A stretch of 64,000 nucleotides of DNA, taken from positions 110-64,109 of the forward strand of contig JAGUYW010000002.1 in NCBI GenBank assembly GCA_020061105.1, given 5' to 3'. Below, piece after piece: positions 50,846 through 59,333 of this stretch. The notes under the pieces are model-generated. The model did not search any database and was not told the DNA's origin. It saw nothing but the letters and a program-made list of their open reading frames with translations. The DNA comes from Anaerolineales bacterium. GTDB lineage: Bacteria; Chloroflexota; Anaerolineae; Anaerolineales; UBA4823. Every line of letters begins with the position of its first letter. Position 1 is the stretch's first letter. Position numbers and translations under genes: made by a program.

Positions 50846-51829
50846 TCAAACCAGATGACAGGCTACCTGGTGGCCTGAGCCAACATCGCGCATTTCTGGC
50901 CGGCAAGCCTTGCAAATATCTTGCGCCAGAGGGCAGCGCGTGCGGAACCGGCAGCCTTCCGGCGGGTTGACCGGCGACGGCACATCCCCTTCCAGGATCA
51001 TGCAGCGGCGCTGGCGTTCAGCCTTCGGGTCGGGGATCGGCACGGCTGAGAGCAGCGCCTGGGTGTAGGGGTGCAGCGGGTAGTGGTACAGTTCATCGCG
51101 CTCGGAAAGCTCGACGATCCCGCCCAGGTACATCACCGCAATGCGATTGCTGATATGCCGCACCATCGAGAGATCGTGGGCAATGAAAATATAGGCCAGG
51201 TTGAACTCGGCCTGCAAATCCTCCAGCAAATTGACAATCTGCGCCTGGATCGAGACATCCAAGGCCGAAATCGGCTCGTCGCAAATCACCAGCGAAGGCT
51301 GCAAGGCCAGGGCGCGGGCGACGCCGATGCGCTGGCGCTGGCCGCCCGAAAATTCATGCGGGTAGCGTCCGGCAAAAGCCGGGTTCAGCCCCACCAGATT
51401 GAGCAGGTTTTCGACCCACTCTTGCAGTTCCTTGCCGCTCGCCACTTTGAAAATCACCAGCGGCTCGGAGATGGTCTCGCCCACTGTAAGGCGCGGATTC
51501 AGGCTGGCGTAAGGATCCTGGAAGATCATCTGCATTTTGCGGCGCATCTTGCGCAGCGTTTTGGCATCCAGGGTGGTCAGATCCTGGCCTTCAAAGTACA
51601 CGTGCCCGGAGGTCGGGCGCTGGAGTTGCAAGATGGCGCGCCCGGTGGTGGATTTTCCGCAGCCGCTTTCGCCCACCAAACCGAGCGTCTCGCCACGCCG
51701 GATATCGAAACTGACGCCATCCACGGCATGCACGGCGCCCACCTGCTTTTGCACCAGGATACCGCGCCGGATAGGGAAGTGTTTCACCAGGTTTTCGACC
51801 TGCAGCAGGTCTGAATTTCCGCTTTTCAT
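50846..51829 (-). CDS. oppF: Oligopeptide ABC ATPase
   Basis: [26 protein letters not shown]-terminal Cys cluster. Confidence 0.93.
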   Translation of the reverse strand: MKSGNSDLLQVENLVKHFPIRRGILVQKQVGAVHAVDGVSFDIRRGETLGLVGESGCGKSTTGRAILQLQRPTSGHVYFEGQDLTTLDAKTLRKMRRKMQMIFQDPYASLNPRLTVGETISEPLVIFKVASGKELQEWVENLLNLVGLNPAFAGRYPHEFSGGQRQRIGVARALALQPSLVICDEPISALDVSIQAQIVNLLEDLQAEFNLAYIFIAHDLSMVRHISNRIAVMYLGGIVELSERDELYHYPLHPYTQALLSAVPIPDPKAERQRRCMILEGDVPSPVNPPEGCRFRTRCPLAQDICKACRPEMRDVGSGHQVACHLV

Positions 51830-52815
51830 GATCGCTCCTTCTTCGAATACGGGTCCACCCAGCAGGCTGCGGTGTGGTCAACCCCCACCGAGGTCAGTTT
51901 GGGGTTGTCAGCCCAGCAAATTTCGCCCGCCAGTTCGCAGCGCTGCGCAAAGGGGCAGGCGGTTGGCTTGCTGGTCAGCACCGGCGGAGCGCCTTCAATC
52001 GAGACCAGCCGCCGCCGTCCGGTTTCATCCAGGCGCGGCAGGCTGCCCAACAGCCCGATGGTGTAGGGGTGTTGCGGGTTCTCGAACAGCGTATCCACGC
52101 TGCCCTGCTCGATAATCCTGCCGCCGTACATCACGGCGATGCGCTGCGCCAGCCCTGCCACCACCCCCAGGTCGTGGGTGATCCAGATGATGGCGCTGCC
52201 GAATTCGTCACGCAAGCGCCGCACCAGGTCGACAATTTGGGCCTGGATGGTGACATCCAGGGCGGTCGTCGGTTCGTCGGCAATCAAAATCTTGGGGCTG
52301 CAAGCCAGCGCCATAGCGATCATCACCCGCTGGCGCATGCCGCCGGAAAACTGGTGCGGGTAATCGCCCAGGTGGGCGTTGGCGTCATAAATGCCCACCA
52401 GGCGCAGCAGATCGGCAGCTTTCAACATGGCTTCTTTCCAATTCATCCCTTTGTGCGTCACCAGCGGTTCTGCCACCTGCTTGCCGACAGTGAGCACCGG
52501 GTTGAGCGAGGTCATCGGGTCCTGGAAGATCATGGCAATTTGCGAGCCGCGCACGCTGCGGATCTCGCTCTCGCTCATTTTGAGCAGGTCCACGCCGTCG
52601 TACAGCGCCTGGCCTTGCACAATCTCGCCGGGCGGGGTCGGGATCAGGCGCAAGATCGACATCATCGCCACGCTTTTGCCGCAACCGCTCTCGCCCACAA
52701 TCCCCAGCACCTCGCCTTCCTGCATACTGAAAGACACCCCGTTGACAGCATAAACCGTGGCAGCCGGGGTGACGAAGCGAGTTTCCAAACCTGAGACAGT
52801 CAATAAATCGGGCAT
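51826..52815 (-). CDS. oppD: Oligopeptide ABC ATPase
   Basis: [24 protein letters not shown]. Confidence 0.93.
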   Translation of the reverse strand: MPDLLTVSGLETRFVTPAATVYAVNGVSFSMQEGEVLGIVGESGCGKSVAMMSILRLIPTPPGEIVQGQALYDGVDLLKMSESEIRSVRGSQIAMIFQDPMTSLNPVLTVGKQVAEPLVTHKGMNWKEAMLKAADLLRLVGIYDANAHLGDYPHQFSGGMRQRVMIAMALACSPKILIADEPTTALDVTIQAQIVDLVRRLRDEFGSAIIWITHDLGVVAGLAQRIAVMYGGRIIEQGSVDTLFENPQHPYTIGLLGSLPRLDETGRRRLVSIEGAPPVLTSKPTACPFAQRCELAGEICWADNPKLTSVGVDHTAACWVDPYSKKERS

Positions 52816-52934
52816 GATCCTTTTCCTTCCTGCTCCTTGCATCCCGGAGGGCAACCTCCACCCTCCGGGCGCCATCAAGGAGGAGAGACAAGCGTTTCTT
52901 TACGATATTCATTATAGAAAAGAGGGGAATGAAA

Positions 52935-52978
52935 CACACCCCATGATCATGGGGTGTGGTATGGGGGTGGGTATGGGG
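52935..52978. promoter_or_regulatory. Perfect 24-bp palindrome overlapping a G-tract array
   Basis: CACACCCCATGA/TCATGGGGTGTG followed by GTATGGGGGTGGGTATGGGG. Confidence 0.55.
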
Positions 52979-53070
52979 TTATAATTAACTTCAAAATTTG
53001 ACCAATCTACCGGATTCCAAGCGCCTGAGTCATGCTAGGACCTGGTTACCAGGTCTACCAGGCGTCGTTT

Positions 53071-53088
53071 TTGTGGTATTATTCACAA
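53071..53088. promoter_or_regulatory. Rex-like operator
   Basis: TTGTGGTATTATTCACAA (TTGTG-N8-CACAA). Confidence 0.55.
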
Positions 53089-53230
53089 ACCATCTTCGAG
53101 TAAACGCTGCACAGGCGCGACGCTTCTGATTCGATGCGTTATCCCTGCCAAGTAATACCATCAAAGATCGAAAAAAGGACCGCCTATTTCCAAAAGAACG
53201 ACCCGTTCGATCAATCGATAACAATTTTTT

Positions 53231-53345
53231 CTCCGAGCCAGCCAGCCTAAAGTGTTCACCATGGTTGAGCGGCCGCTCAAGGGCAGGGATGGAAACGTCC
53301 TTACCTCCCGAATCCCGGCGCATGCCGGGAGGAATTGGAAAGGAG
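53231..53345 (+). ncRNA. Moco/Wco RNA motif (molybdenum/tungsten cofactor riboswitch), P3-less variant
   Basis: CTCCGAG..CCTAA..ATGG..GGCCG..AGGG..GGAAAC..CCTCCCG..TTGGAAAGGAG; terminal GGAG is the SD of GTG 53350 and pairs with 5' CTCC. Confidence 0.85.
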
Positions 53346-53349
53346 AACA

Positions 53350-53934
53350 GTGACAGATCGATTCTGCTCGCCTGTTTCCTTCCTGGCGAGTTTTTTGTTC
53401 GACCAGGAAGTGAACCAAAAACTATTCATCATCACCGGCCCAATCGGCGCCGGTAAAACCAGCTGGTGCCTGCAGTTGATCCGTGAAGCGCAGGCCAGCG
53501 GGTTGCTCCCTTGCGGGCTGGTCTCGCCGGCGGTCTTCGAAGCGGGCGCCAAAACCGGCATCGACCTGGTGGATGTGTCGTCGGGTGAAAGGCGCCGCCT
53601 GGCGGTGCGGCGCGCCGCCCAAGAAACCGAGGCGCCTGCTGGTCTGGCTACCCAATCCTGGCGCTTCGACGAGTCGGTGGTGACCTGGGGCAACCAGGCT
53701 CTCAGCCAATTGCAAAACCCCCGCCTGCTAATTCTCGACGAACTCGGCCCTCTGGAGCTTTTGGAGCAAGCCGGGTTGGTCGCCGGCCTGAAAGTCATCG
53801 ACAGCCGCCACTATGACCTGGCTTGCGTGGTGATCCGCCCCAGCCTGCTGCCCACCGCCCTGAAACGCTGGCCGTGGGCAGAAACCCTATCTATCCCCAC
53901 CCTCCACACAGCTTACGCGGAGCGGGAAGCATGA
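53350..53934 (+). CDS. NTPase (THEP1/DUF2478-like)
   Basis: ITGPIGAGKT, GIDLVDV, LILDELGPLE. Confidence 0.85.
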   Translation: MTDRFCSPVSFLASFLFDQEVNQKLFIITGPIGAGKTSWCLQLIREAQASGLLPCGLVSPAVFEAGAKTGIDLVDVSSGERRRLAVRRAAQETEAPAGLATQSWRFDESVVTWGNQALSQLQNPRLLILDELGPLELLEQAGLVAGLKVIDSRHYDLACVVIRPSLLPTALKRWPWAETLSIPTLHTAYAEREA

Positions 53935-55406
53935 TCCACATCCGCGACCTCAACGTTCATTACGGCGACATCCCGGCCCTGCAGGATATCTCGCTGCAGG
54001 TTGCCCCCGGCGAGTGCCTGCTGGTGACTGGGCCTTCTGGCTGCGGCAAGAGCACCCTGGGACGCGTCCTGGGCGGGTTGATCCCGCATGCTATTCCGGC
54101 TCAGCTCACCGGCCAGGTGGAAGTCGCCGGATTATCCCTGCAGTCGCATTCCATCCCCGAGATCGCCCAGAAGGTCGGGATGGTCTTCCAGCGCCCGGCC
54201 TCCCAGCTTTTTCATTTGCATGTCGAAGACGAAGTCGCTTTCGGCCCGCGCAACCTGGGGCTGGAGGAAGAAGAAGTCAGCCAGCGCGTCGAATGGGCTT
54301 TGCAAACTACCGGCCTGGTTCCCCTGCGCCAGGCCAGGCCCTCCCAGCTCTCCGGCGGGCAGAAGCAGTGCCTGGCGATCGCCGCCGCCCTGGCCATGCG
54401 CCCCCAGGTGTTGGTGCTGGATGAACCCACCGCCTCCCTGGACGTGCCCAACACCCGGCGGGTGATCGACACCCTGACAAATTTACGCGCCGAACACGGC
54501 GTCACAATTATCCTCATCGAACACCGTCTGGCAGAAGCCGCCCAGTTGGCCAACCGGGTGGTGATCATGGAAGCCGGTCGCATCGTCGCCAGCGGCCCGC
54601 CCCAGGATGTATTTGCCGATCGAGCGCTGCGCGAGCGCCTGGGCCTGCGCCGCCCGACCGAAGAACCCTCCATCTCCTGGAGTTCGCTGATCCGGCGCAA
54701 CGGCTCCGGCCAGCCAACCGAGCAGCCCTTGCTTTCCTTCGAAGCCGTTTCTGCCGGTTTCAACGGCCATGCTGTCATTCACGAGATCGATCTGCAGCTC
54801 TACCCGGGCGAATTTACCGCCCTGGTGGGCGATAACGGCGCCGGTAAGTCCACCCTGGCCATGGTAGCTGCCGGACTGATCAAGCCGCAAAGCGGCCGGC
54901 TGCGCTTTCTCGACGGTGTGCGGCCTCGCCCCGGCCTGGATGTGGCCTTGCTCTTTCAAGACCCGCAAGAGCAGTTGTTTACCGACTCGGTGGATGAAGA
55001 AGTGGCCTTTGGGGCAGAAAACTACGACGCTTTCGACCCAGATACCCATCGCCGCATCCTGCAAGAAGCCGACTTGTTGGAGCTGCGCCAGCGCCGCCCG
55101 CAAGTCCTCTCCGTAGGCCAGCAGCAGCGCACCGCCCTGGCGTCCTGCCTCAGCTTGCGCCCGCGCCTGCTGATCCTGGACGAGCCGACCCTGGGACAGG
55201 ATTGGGGTCACCTGCAACGCCTGATGGATTACCTGCGCCTGCTGAACCAGATGGGAACCACCATTTTGCTGATCTCTCACGACTATAAATTGGTGCATCA
55301 CTATGCTCACCGCGTCATCCTGCTGAAAGACGGGCGCATCGAGCAGATTGGAAAAATCGATCACTCACCTCAATTGGAGGCTACTTATGAAACTCTCAAC
55401 GCGTGA
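53931..55406 (+). CDS. ECF transporter fused double ATPase (A-A')
   Basis: GPSGCGKST and [29 protein letters not shown] and LSVGQQQR; ATGA coupling. Confidence 0.92.
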   Translation: MIHIRDLNVHYGDIPALQDISLQVAPGECLLVTGPSGCGKSTLGRVLGGLIPHAIPAQLTGQVEVAGLSLQSHSIPEIAQKVGMVFQRPASQLFHLHVEDEVAFGPRNLGLEEEEVSQRVEWALQTTGLVPLRQARPSQLSGGQKQCLAIAAALAMRPQVLVLDEPTASLDVPNTRRVIDTLTNLRAEHGVTIILIEHRLAEAAQLANRVVIMEAGRIVASGPPQDVFADRALRERLGLRRPTEEPSISWSSLIRRNGSGQPTEQPLLSFEAVSAGFNGHAVIHEIDLQLYPGEFTALVGDNGAGKSTLAMVAAGLIKPQSGRLRFLDGVRPRPGLDVALLFQDPQEQLFTDSVDEEVAFGAENYDAFDPDTHRRILQEADLLELRQRRPQVLSVGQQQRTALASCLSLRPRLLILDEPTLGQDWGHLQRLMDYLRLLNQMGTTILLISHDYKLVHHYAHRVILLKDGRIEQIGKIDHSPQLEATYETLNA

Positions 55407-55995
55407 ACTGGCGACCCTGGCTGTTTTCGGGGCTTTATGGGGGCTGGTCGAAGCCAGCTTGGGTTCGGTGCTCAAATCGCTGAATATCCCGCTCAGCGGC
55501 GTCTTCCTGGCCGCCATCGGGCTGATCATCGCCCTGGTAGGCCGGGTGTTCGTGCCCAAACGCGGTTCGACGCTCTTCATCGGCGTGCTGGCAACCCTGA
55601 TCAAGCTATTCAGCCTGGGCGGCGTCATCATCGGCCCGATGGTTGGCATCCTGACCGAAGCCATCCTGGCGGAAATTGTGCTCTCGCTGGCCGGAAAGCC
55701 GCGCCGTCCGGCCCTGGTGCTGGCCGGGGCGCTGGGCGTGGCCTGGGTCATGCTGCAGCCCTTCGTCACCGGGCCGCTGCTGTTTGGGCGCACGGCCTTC
55801 GTGGTCTGGCTAGATTTGCTCGATCGCGGCAGCCAGCTGCTCGGCCTGGATGTCACCGCAGCCATCTGGATCGTGCTGGCGCTGCTCGCCATCCACCTGG
55901 CGATCGGCGGGCTGGCAGGCTGGTTTAGCTGGGATATCGCCCGCTTGCTGCAGGCGCGCCAGGGCAGATCCATCCCTCAAACACTCGAATCATAA
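55387..55995 (+). CDS. Probable ECF substrate-specific (S) component
   Basis: About 200 aa, about 6 [16 protein letters not shown]-terminal helix with AxxxA motif, PKRGS. Confidence 0.75.
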   Translation: MKLSTRELATLAVFGALWGLVEASLGSVLKSLNIPLSGVFLAAIGLIIALVGRVFVPKRGSTLFIGVLATLIKLFSLGGVIIGPMVGILTEAILAEIVLSLAGKPRRPALVLAGALGVAWVMLQPFVTGPLLFGRTAFVVWLDLLDRGSQLLGLDVTAAIWIVLALLAIHLAIGGLAGWFSWDIARLLQARQGRSIPQTLES

Positions 55996-56074
55996 ATAGC
56001 TTTCACTGGCTTACAACTCAACAGTCAAAACAACCAAAAATCACAATACTTTATCGATACAAGGAAACATAAAC

Positions 56075-56527
56075 TTGAAACACATTTCAAAACTCCTCCT
56101 GATCTTCATCGCCATCTCCCTGGCAGCTTGCAGCGCTGCCAGCCAGCCGGCTGCCTTTGAGCCAGGATCAACTTTACTGGTTTCGGGTGGCGAAATCAAA
56201 AAATCCTACAGCCGCGCCGACCTGGAAGCCCTGCCTGCCAGCCAGGCCGATTTCCTGGACGTGACTTACCGCGGGGTTGTGCTGTCGGTCTTACTCCAGG
56301 ACGCCGGTTTCGATCCGCAGCAGGTCAAAGCCGTCAAAGCCGTCGCCAACGATGGCTTCACGGTCAATTATGACCCTGCCCAGTTCTTACGCCCAGATTT
56401 TCTGGTAGCCTACGCCCAGGCCAACGGGGAACTGACCGACAAAGACGGCCTTTTCCGGATTGTGCTGCCGGGGGCGGAGGGCAAGCAGAATGTGCGCATG
56501 TTGGTCGAAGTACAAGTGATCCAATAA
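56075..56527 (+). CDS. Lipoprotein with an Oxidored_molyb (molybdopterin-binding)-like fold lacking the Mo-ligating Cys
   Basis: Lipobox LAAC; DLEALP..YRGVVLSVLL..ANDGF..LVAYA.ANG..GLFRIVLPG..VRML. Confidence 0.7.
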   Translation: MKHISKLLLIFIAISLAACSAASQPAAFEPGSTLLVSGGEIKKSYSRADLEALPASQADFLDVTYRGVVLSVLLQDAGFDPQQVKAVKAVANDGFTVNYDPAQFLRPDFLVAYAQANGELTDKDGLFRIVLPGAEGKQNVRMLVEVQVIQ

Positions 56528-57258
56528 TGGCGACCCACAGCCTTTCGCAAAGCATTTCCCAACCTCGTCCGGCGCCCAGGCTGGGCATGCTGGGCTACCT
56601 GGCGATCTTTGCCGCCTCGCTGGCGGCGGTGATGGCAGTTCCCCCCAGGGTTTTGCCGTGGAGCGCCGGGTTGTGTTTGCTGGTGGCGGCGCTGGTGTAC
56701 CCGAGCGCCTTTCGCCGCCTGATGCGCCTGCGTTGGCTGGTGATGATCGCTCTCTTGGCGCTGCCGGCGGTCTTTTTCGTGGGAGAGGTCGATCGCAGCC
56801 TGGCAGGCATCCCAGTCTCGTCGGAGGGGCTGCAAACCGGCTTCCAGATCGTGGTGCGGATTGTGGTGGTCTTGATCGCCGTCGATGGCCTGACCTCCTC
56901 GGTGGATATCGCCTCGGTAGCCGGGCTGCTCGAGAAGGCCGGCCTGCACGGGCTGGGTTTTTCGATCGGGGTGGCGCTCAACCTGCTGCCATCTTTGCAG
57001 CAATCGGCCTTGAATGCCTGGCGCAGCCTGTGGATGCGCGGCGGCTTGAGAAAGCGGCGCTGGCGCAGCCTGACCTTCCTGTCCGTGACGATCGTCTCCA
57101 ACGCCCTGAGCCGCGCCGAAGAAATCGCCCTGGCGGCGGAGGCGCGCGCCTTTTCTCCGCAGCGCGCCCGCCGCCTGCCGGTCGTGACCGGGCGCTTCGA
57201 TCCGCTCGTCCTGGTTGTGTCTTTGATCGCGATCGTGGTCGCGATAATGATCGTGTAG
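56527..57258 (+). CDS. ECF transmembrane component T (CbiQ/EcfT)
   Basis: TM segments, ALNLLP, MRGG, AEEIALAAEARAF. Confidence 0.88.
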   Translation: MATHSLSQSISQPRPAPRLGMLGYLAIFAASLAAVMAVPPRVLPWSAGLCLLVAALVYPSAFRRLMRLRWLVMIALLALPAVFFVGEVDRSLAGIPVSSEGLQTGFQIVVRIVVVLIAVDGLTSSVDIASVAGLLEKAGLHGLGFSIGVALNLLPSLQQSALNAWRSLWMRGGLRKRRWRSLTFLSVTIVSNALSRAEEIALAAEARAFSPQRARRLPVVTGRFDPLVLVVSLIAIVVAIMIV

Positions 57259-57300
57259 GCGCGATGGCCTGGTCTGGTTTGACCAATGTTTTTGTAACCG

Positions 57301-57331
57301 GTGCAAGGCGCCGAAATCAGGCGCCTTGCAC
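57301..57331. repeat. Perfect 12-bp inverted repeat inside the operon (REP-like)
   Basis: GTGCAAGGCGCC-GAAATCA-GGCGCCTTGCAC. Confidence 0.7.
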
Positions 57332-57367
57332 AGCAAAAAATCAAAATGAAAAAGGTGCTCCTTACTG

Positions 57368-58057
57368 ATGGAAGATTTAGCCAAATTCTTACAACTTTGC
57401 GCTGCCCGCTATCCGCATCTCTGCCCGCGCCAGGTGCTTGGAATACGTATCGCTATGTTGGCCGGAAAGATTCTCAACCTGGATCTACCGCAAACCGGTA
57501 AACGCTTGTTTGCCTTCATGGAATGCGACGGGTGCGGCATGGGCGGCGTGGCCGTTGCCAGCGGTTGCGCGGTGGAACACCGCACCATGCGGGTCTTGGA
57601 TTATGGTAAGCTGGCAGCGACCTTTGTCGATACCCAAACCGGGCAATGCGTGCGCATCCGGCCTCACCCGGGTTGCCGCCAGGCTGCCGAAGAGCTTTTT
57701 CCCGCCGAGCCATCCCGCTGGCACAGCCAGCTGCGAGGTTACCAGGCGCTGCCCGACGAGACCTTGCTGATCGTCCAACCCGTAGCGCTGAACATCTCGA
57801 TAAAGAAAATCATCAGCCAACCCGGCCTGCGGGCGCTGTGCGAGTGCTGTGGTGAAGAAATCAGCAACCAGCGCGAGATCACCTGGAACGGGCATACCCT
57901 GTGCCGCTCCTGCGCCGGGGATAAATATTACTGCCCCATAGCCGGGGAGGCCGGTTCAAACATCAAGAATACCAGGCTGCCGGTGGTGGGGCGAACTTCG
58001 AATTCAGCCGTGAATTTACGTCGCCGATTTTCGCCTCGTATGCTGCAAAGGGAGTAA
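57368..58057 (+). CDS. FmdE family protein with C-terminal zinc finger
   Basis: HLCPRQVLG, ECDGC, DYGKLAATF, CECCGE..CRSC. Confidence 0.88.
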   Translation: MEDLAKFLQLCAARYPHLCPRQVLGIRIAMLAGKILNLDLPQTGKRLFAFMECDGCGMGGVAVASGCAVEHRTMRVLDYGKLAATFVDTQTGQCVRIRPHPGCRQAAEELFPAEPSRWHSQLRGYQALPDETLLIVQPVALNISIKKIISQPGLRALCECCGEEISNQREITWNGHTLCRSCAGDKYYCPIAGEAGSNIKNTRLPVVGRTSNSAVNLRRRFSPRMLQRE

Positions 58058-58130
58058 AATAGGGATGCACAAGGCGCAGCGCCTGATCTTCAACGCAGCC
58101 CTGTAACCATAAAAAAAGATTGGAAATCAA

Positions 58131-59330
58131 ATGATCTCATTCGAAAAAGCCTACCACTTATCGTTAGAAAATGTCCAAACCCTGGAGACAGAACTTGTCG
58201 GCCTAGTTGCTGCAGTCGGGCGATTACCTTCCATCGATCTACTGGCGTCGGTCGATTCCCCTTCGGTGGACGCCTCGCTGAAAGATGGCTACGCCGTTCA
58301 CTCAGACGACATTCATGACGCCCGCCCTGACCATCCGGTCGCCCTGCGCCTTGTTGGCGTGGCAGAAGCCGGCGGAAGCTGGCAGGGCGAACTGCAGCAC
58401 GGAGAAGCCTTGCGGATTCTGAGCGGCGCCCCACTCCCCACCGGCGCAGACGCCATCCTCACCGAAGAATTAGCCACCGAGCAAGCCGGCCAGGTCATCG
58501 CCACCGGCGACGCCCATGTCGGGCGGAATATTATCGCCAGGGCCAGCGATGTCCGGAAAGGGCAGGTGCTGGCTGCGGCGGGAGAGAAATTGCTGCCCAG
58601 TAAAGTAGGACTCTTAGCAGCCGGTGGCCTCGACATCGTGCCCGTCATCCGCCAGCCCCGGGTGGCAATCATCGCCACCGGCGACGAAGTGATCTTTCCC
58701 GGGCAACCCTTGAAAATGGGCGGTCTGTACGCCAGCAATCTGGTAACCCTGGCAGCCTGGTGCGCCTGGTTCGGTTTTTCGGTCGAAACTTACCTGGTTG
58801 GCGATGTGGAGAAGAACATCCGCGCTCAACTTCAACAATCCATCATCGAACACGATGTCATTCTGACCAGCGGCGGGGCCTGGAAGGGGGAGAAAGACCT
58901 GACTGTGCGCACGCTGGATGAGATGGGATGGCAAAAAATCTACCATCGCGTCAAAATGGGACCCGGAAAGGCGATTGGCTTCGGGATATTCCAGAACAAA
59001 CCGGTCTTTTGCCTGCCTGGAGGCCCGCCCTCCAACCATATGGCCTTTCTGCAGCTGGCGCTCCCTGCCTTGCAAAAAATGGCCGGCTTCAAGCAGCCCG
59101 GCTTAGCGCATATCACCGCCAGGCTCTCTGAAACCATCAGCGGGCAAGTCGATTGGACGCAGTTCATCCATGGAAAATTGGTGGAACGCGATGGGACAAA
59201 ATGTTTTTACGCCCGCCAGCCTGCCAGCCGACTGCAAATGATCGCCCACACCGAAGCGCTCGCCATGATCCCTGAAGGCCAGGTCGAAATTCGCAAAGAC
59301 AGCCTGGTTCAGGTGCAGGTCTTGATCTGA
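58131..59330 (+). CDS. moeA: Molybdopterin molybdo/tungstotransferase
   Basis: SLKDGYA, ILSGAPLPTGAD, ATGDE, TSGG, GPGK, LPGGP. Confidence 0.9.
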   Translation: MISFEKAYHLSLENVQTLETELVGLVAAVGRLPSIDLLASVDSPSVDASLKDGYAVHSDDIHDARPDHPVALRLVGVAEAGGSWQGELQHGEALRILSGAPLPTGADAILTEELATEQAGQVIATGDAHVGRNIIARASDVRKGQVLAAAGEKLLPSKVGLLAAGGLDIVPVIRQPRVAIIATGDEVIFPGQPLKMGGLYASNLVTLAAWCAWFGFSVETYLVGDVEKNIRAQLQQSIIEHDVILTSGGAWKGEKDLTVRTLDEMGWQKIYHRVKMGPGKAIGFGIFQNKPVFCLPGGPPSNHMAFLQLALPALQKMAGFKQPGLAHITARLSETISGQVDWTQFIHGKLVERDGTKCFYARQPASRLQMIAHTEALAMIPEGQVEIRKDSLVQVQVLI

Positions 59331-59333
59331 GTG

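Noticed and set aside
57960-58057. Degenerate MobB fusion at the FmdE C-terminus (PVVGRTSNS)
   Set aside because: Resemblance is too short and there is no intact P-loop
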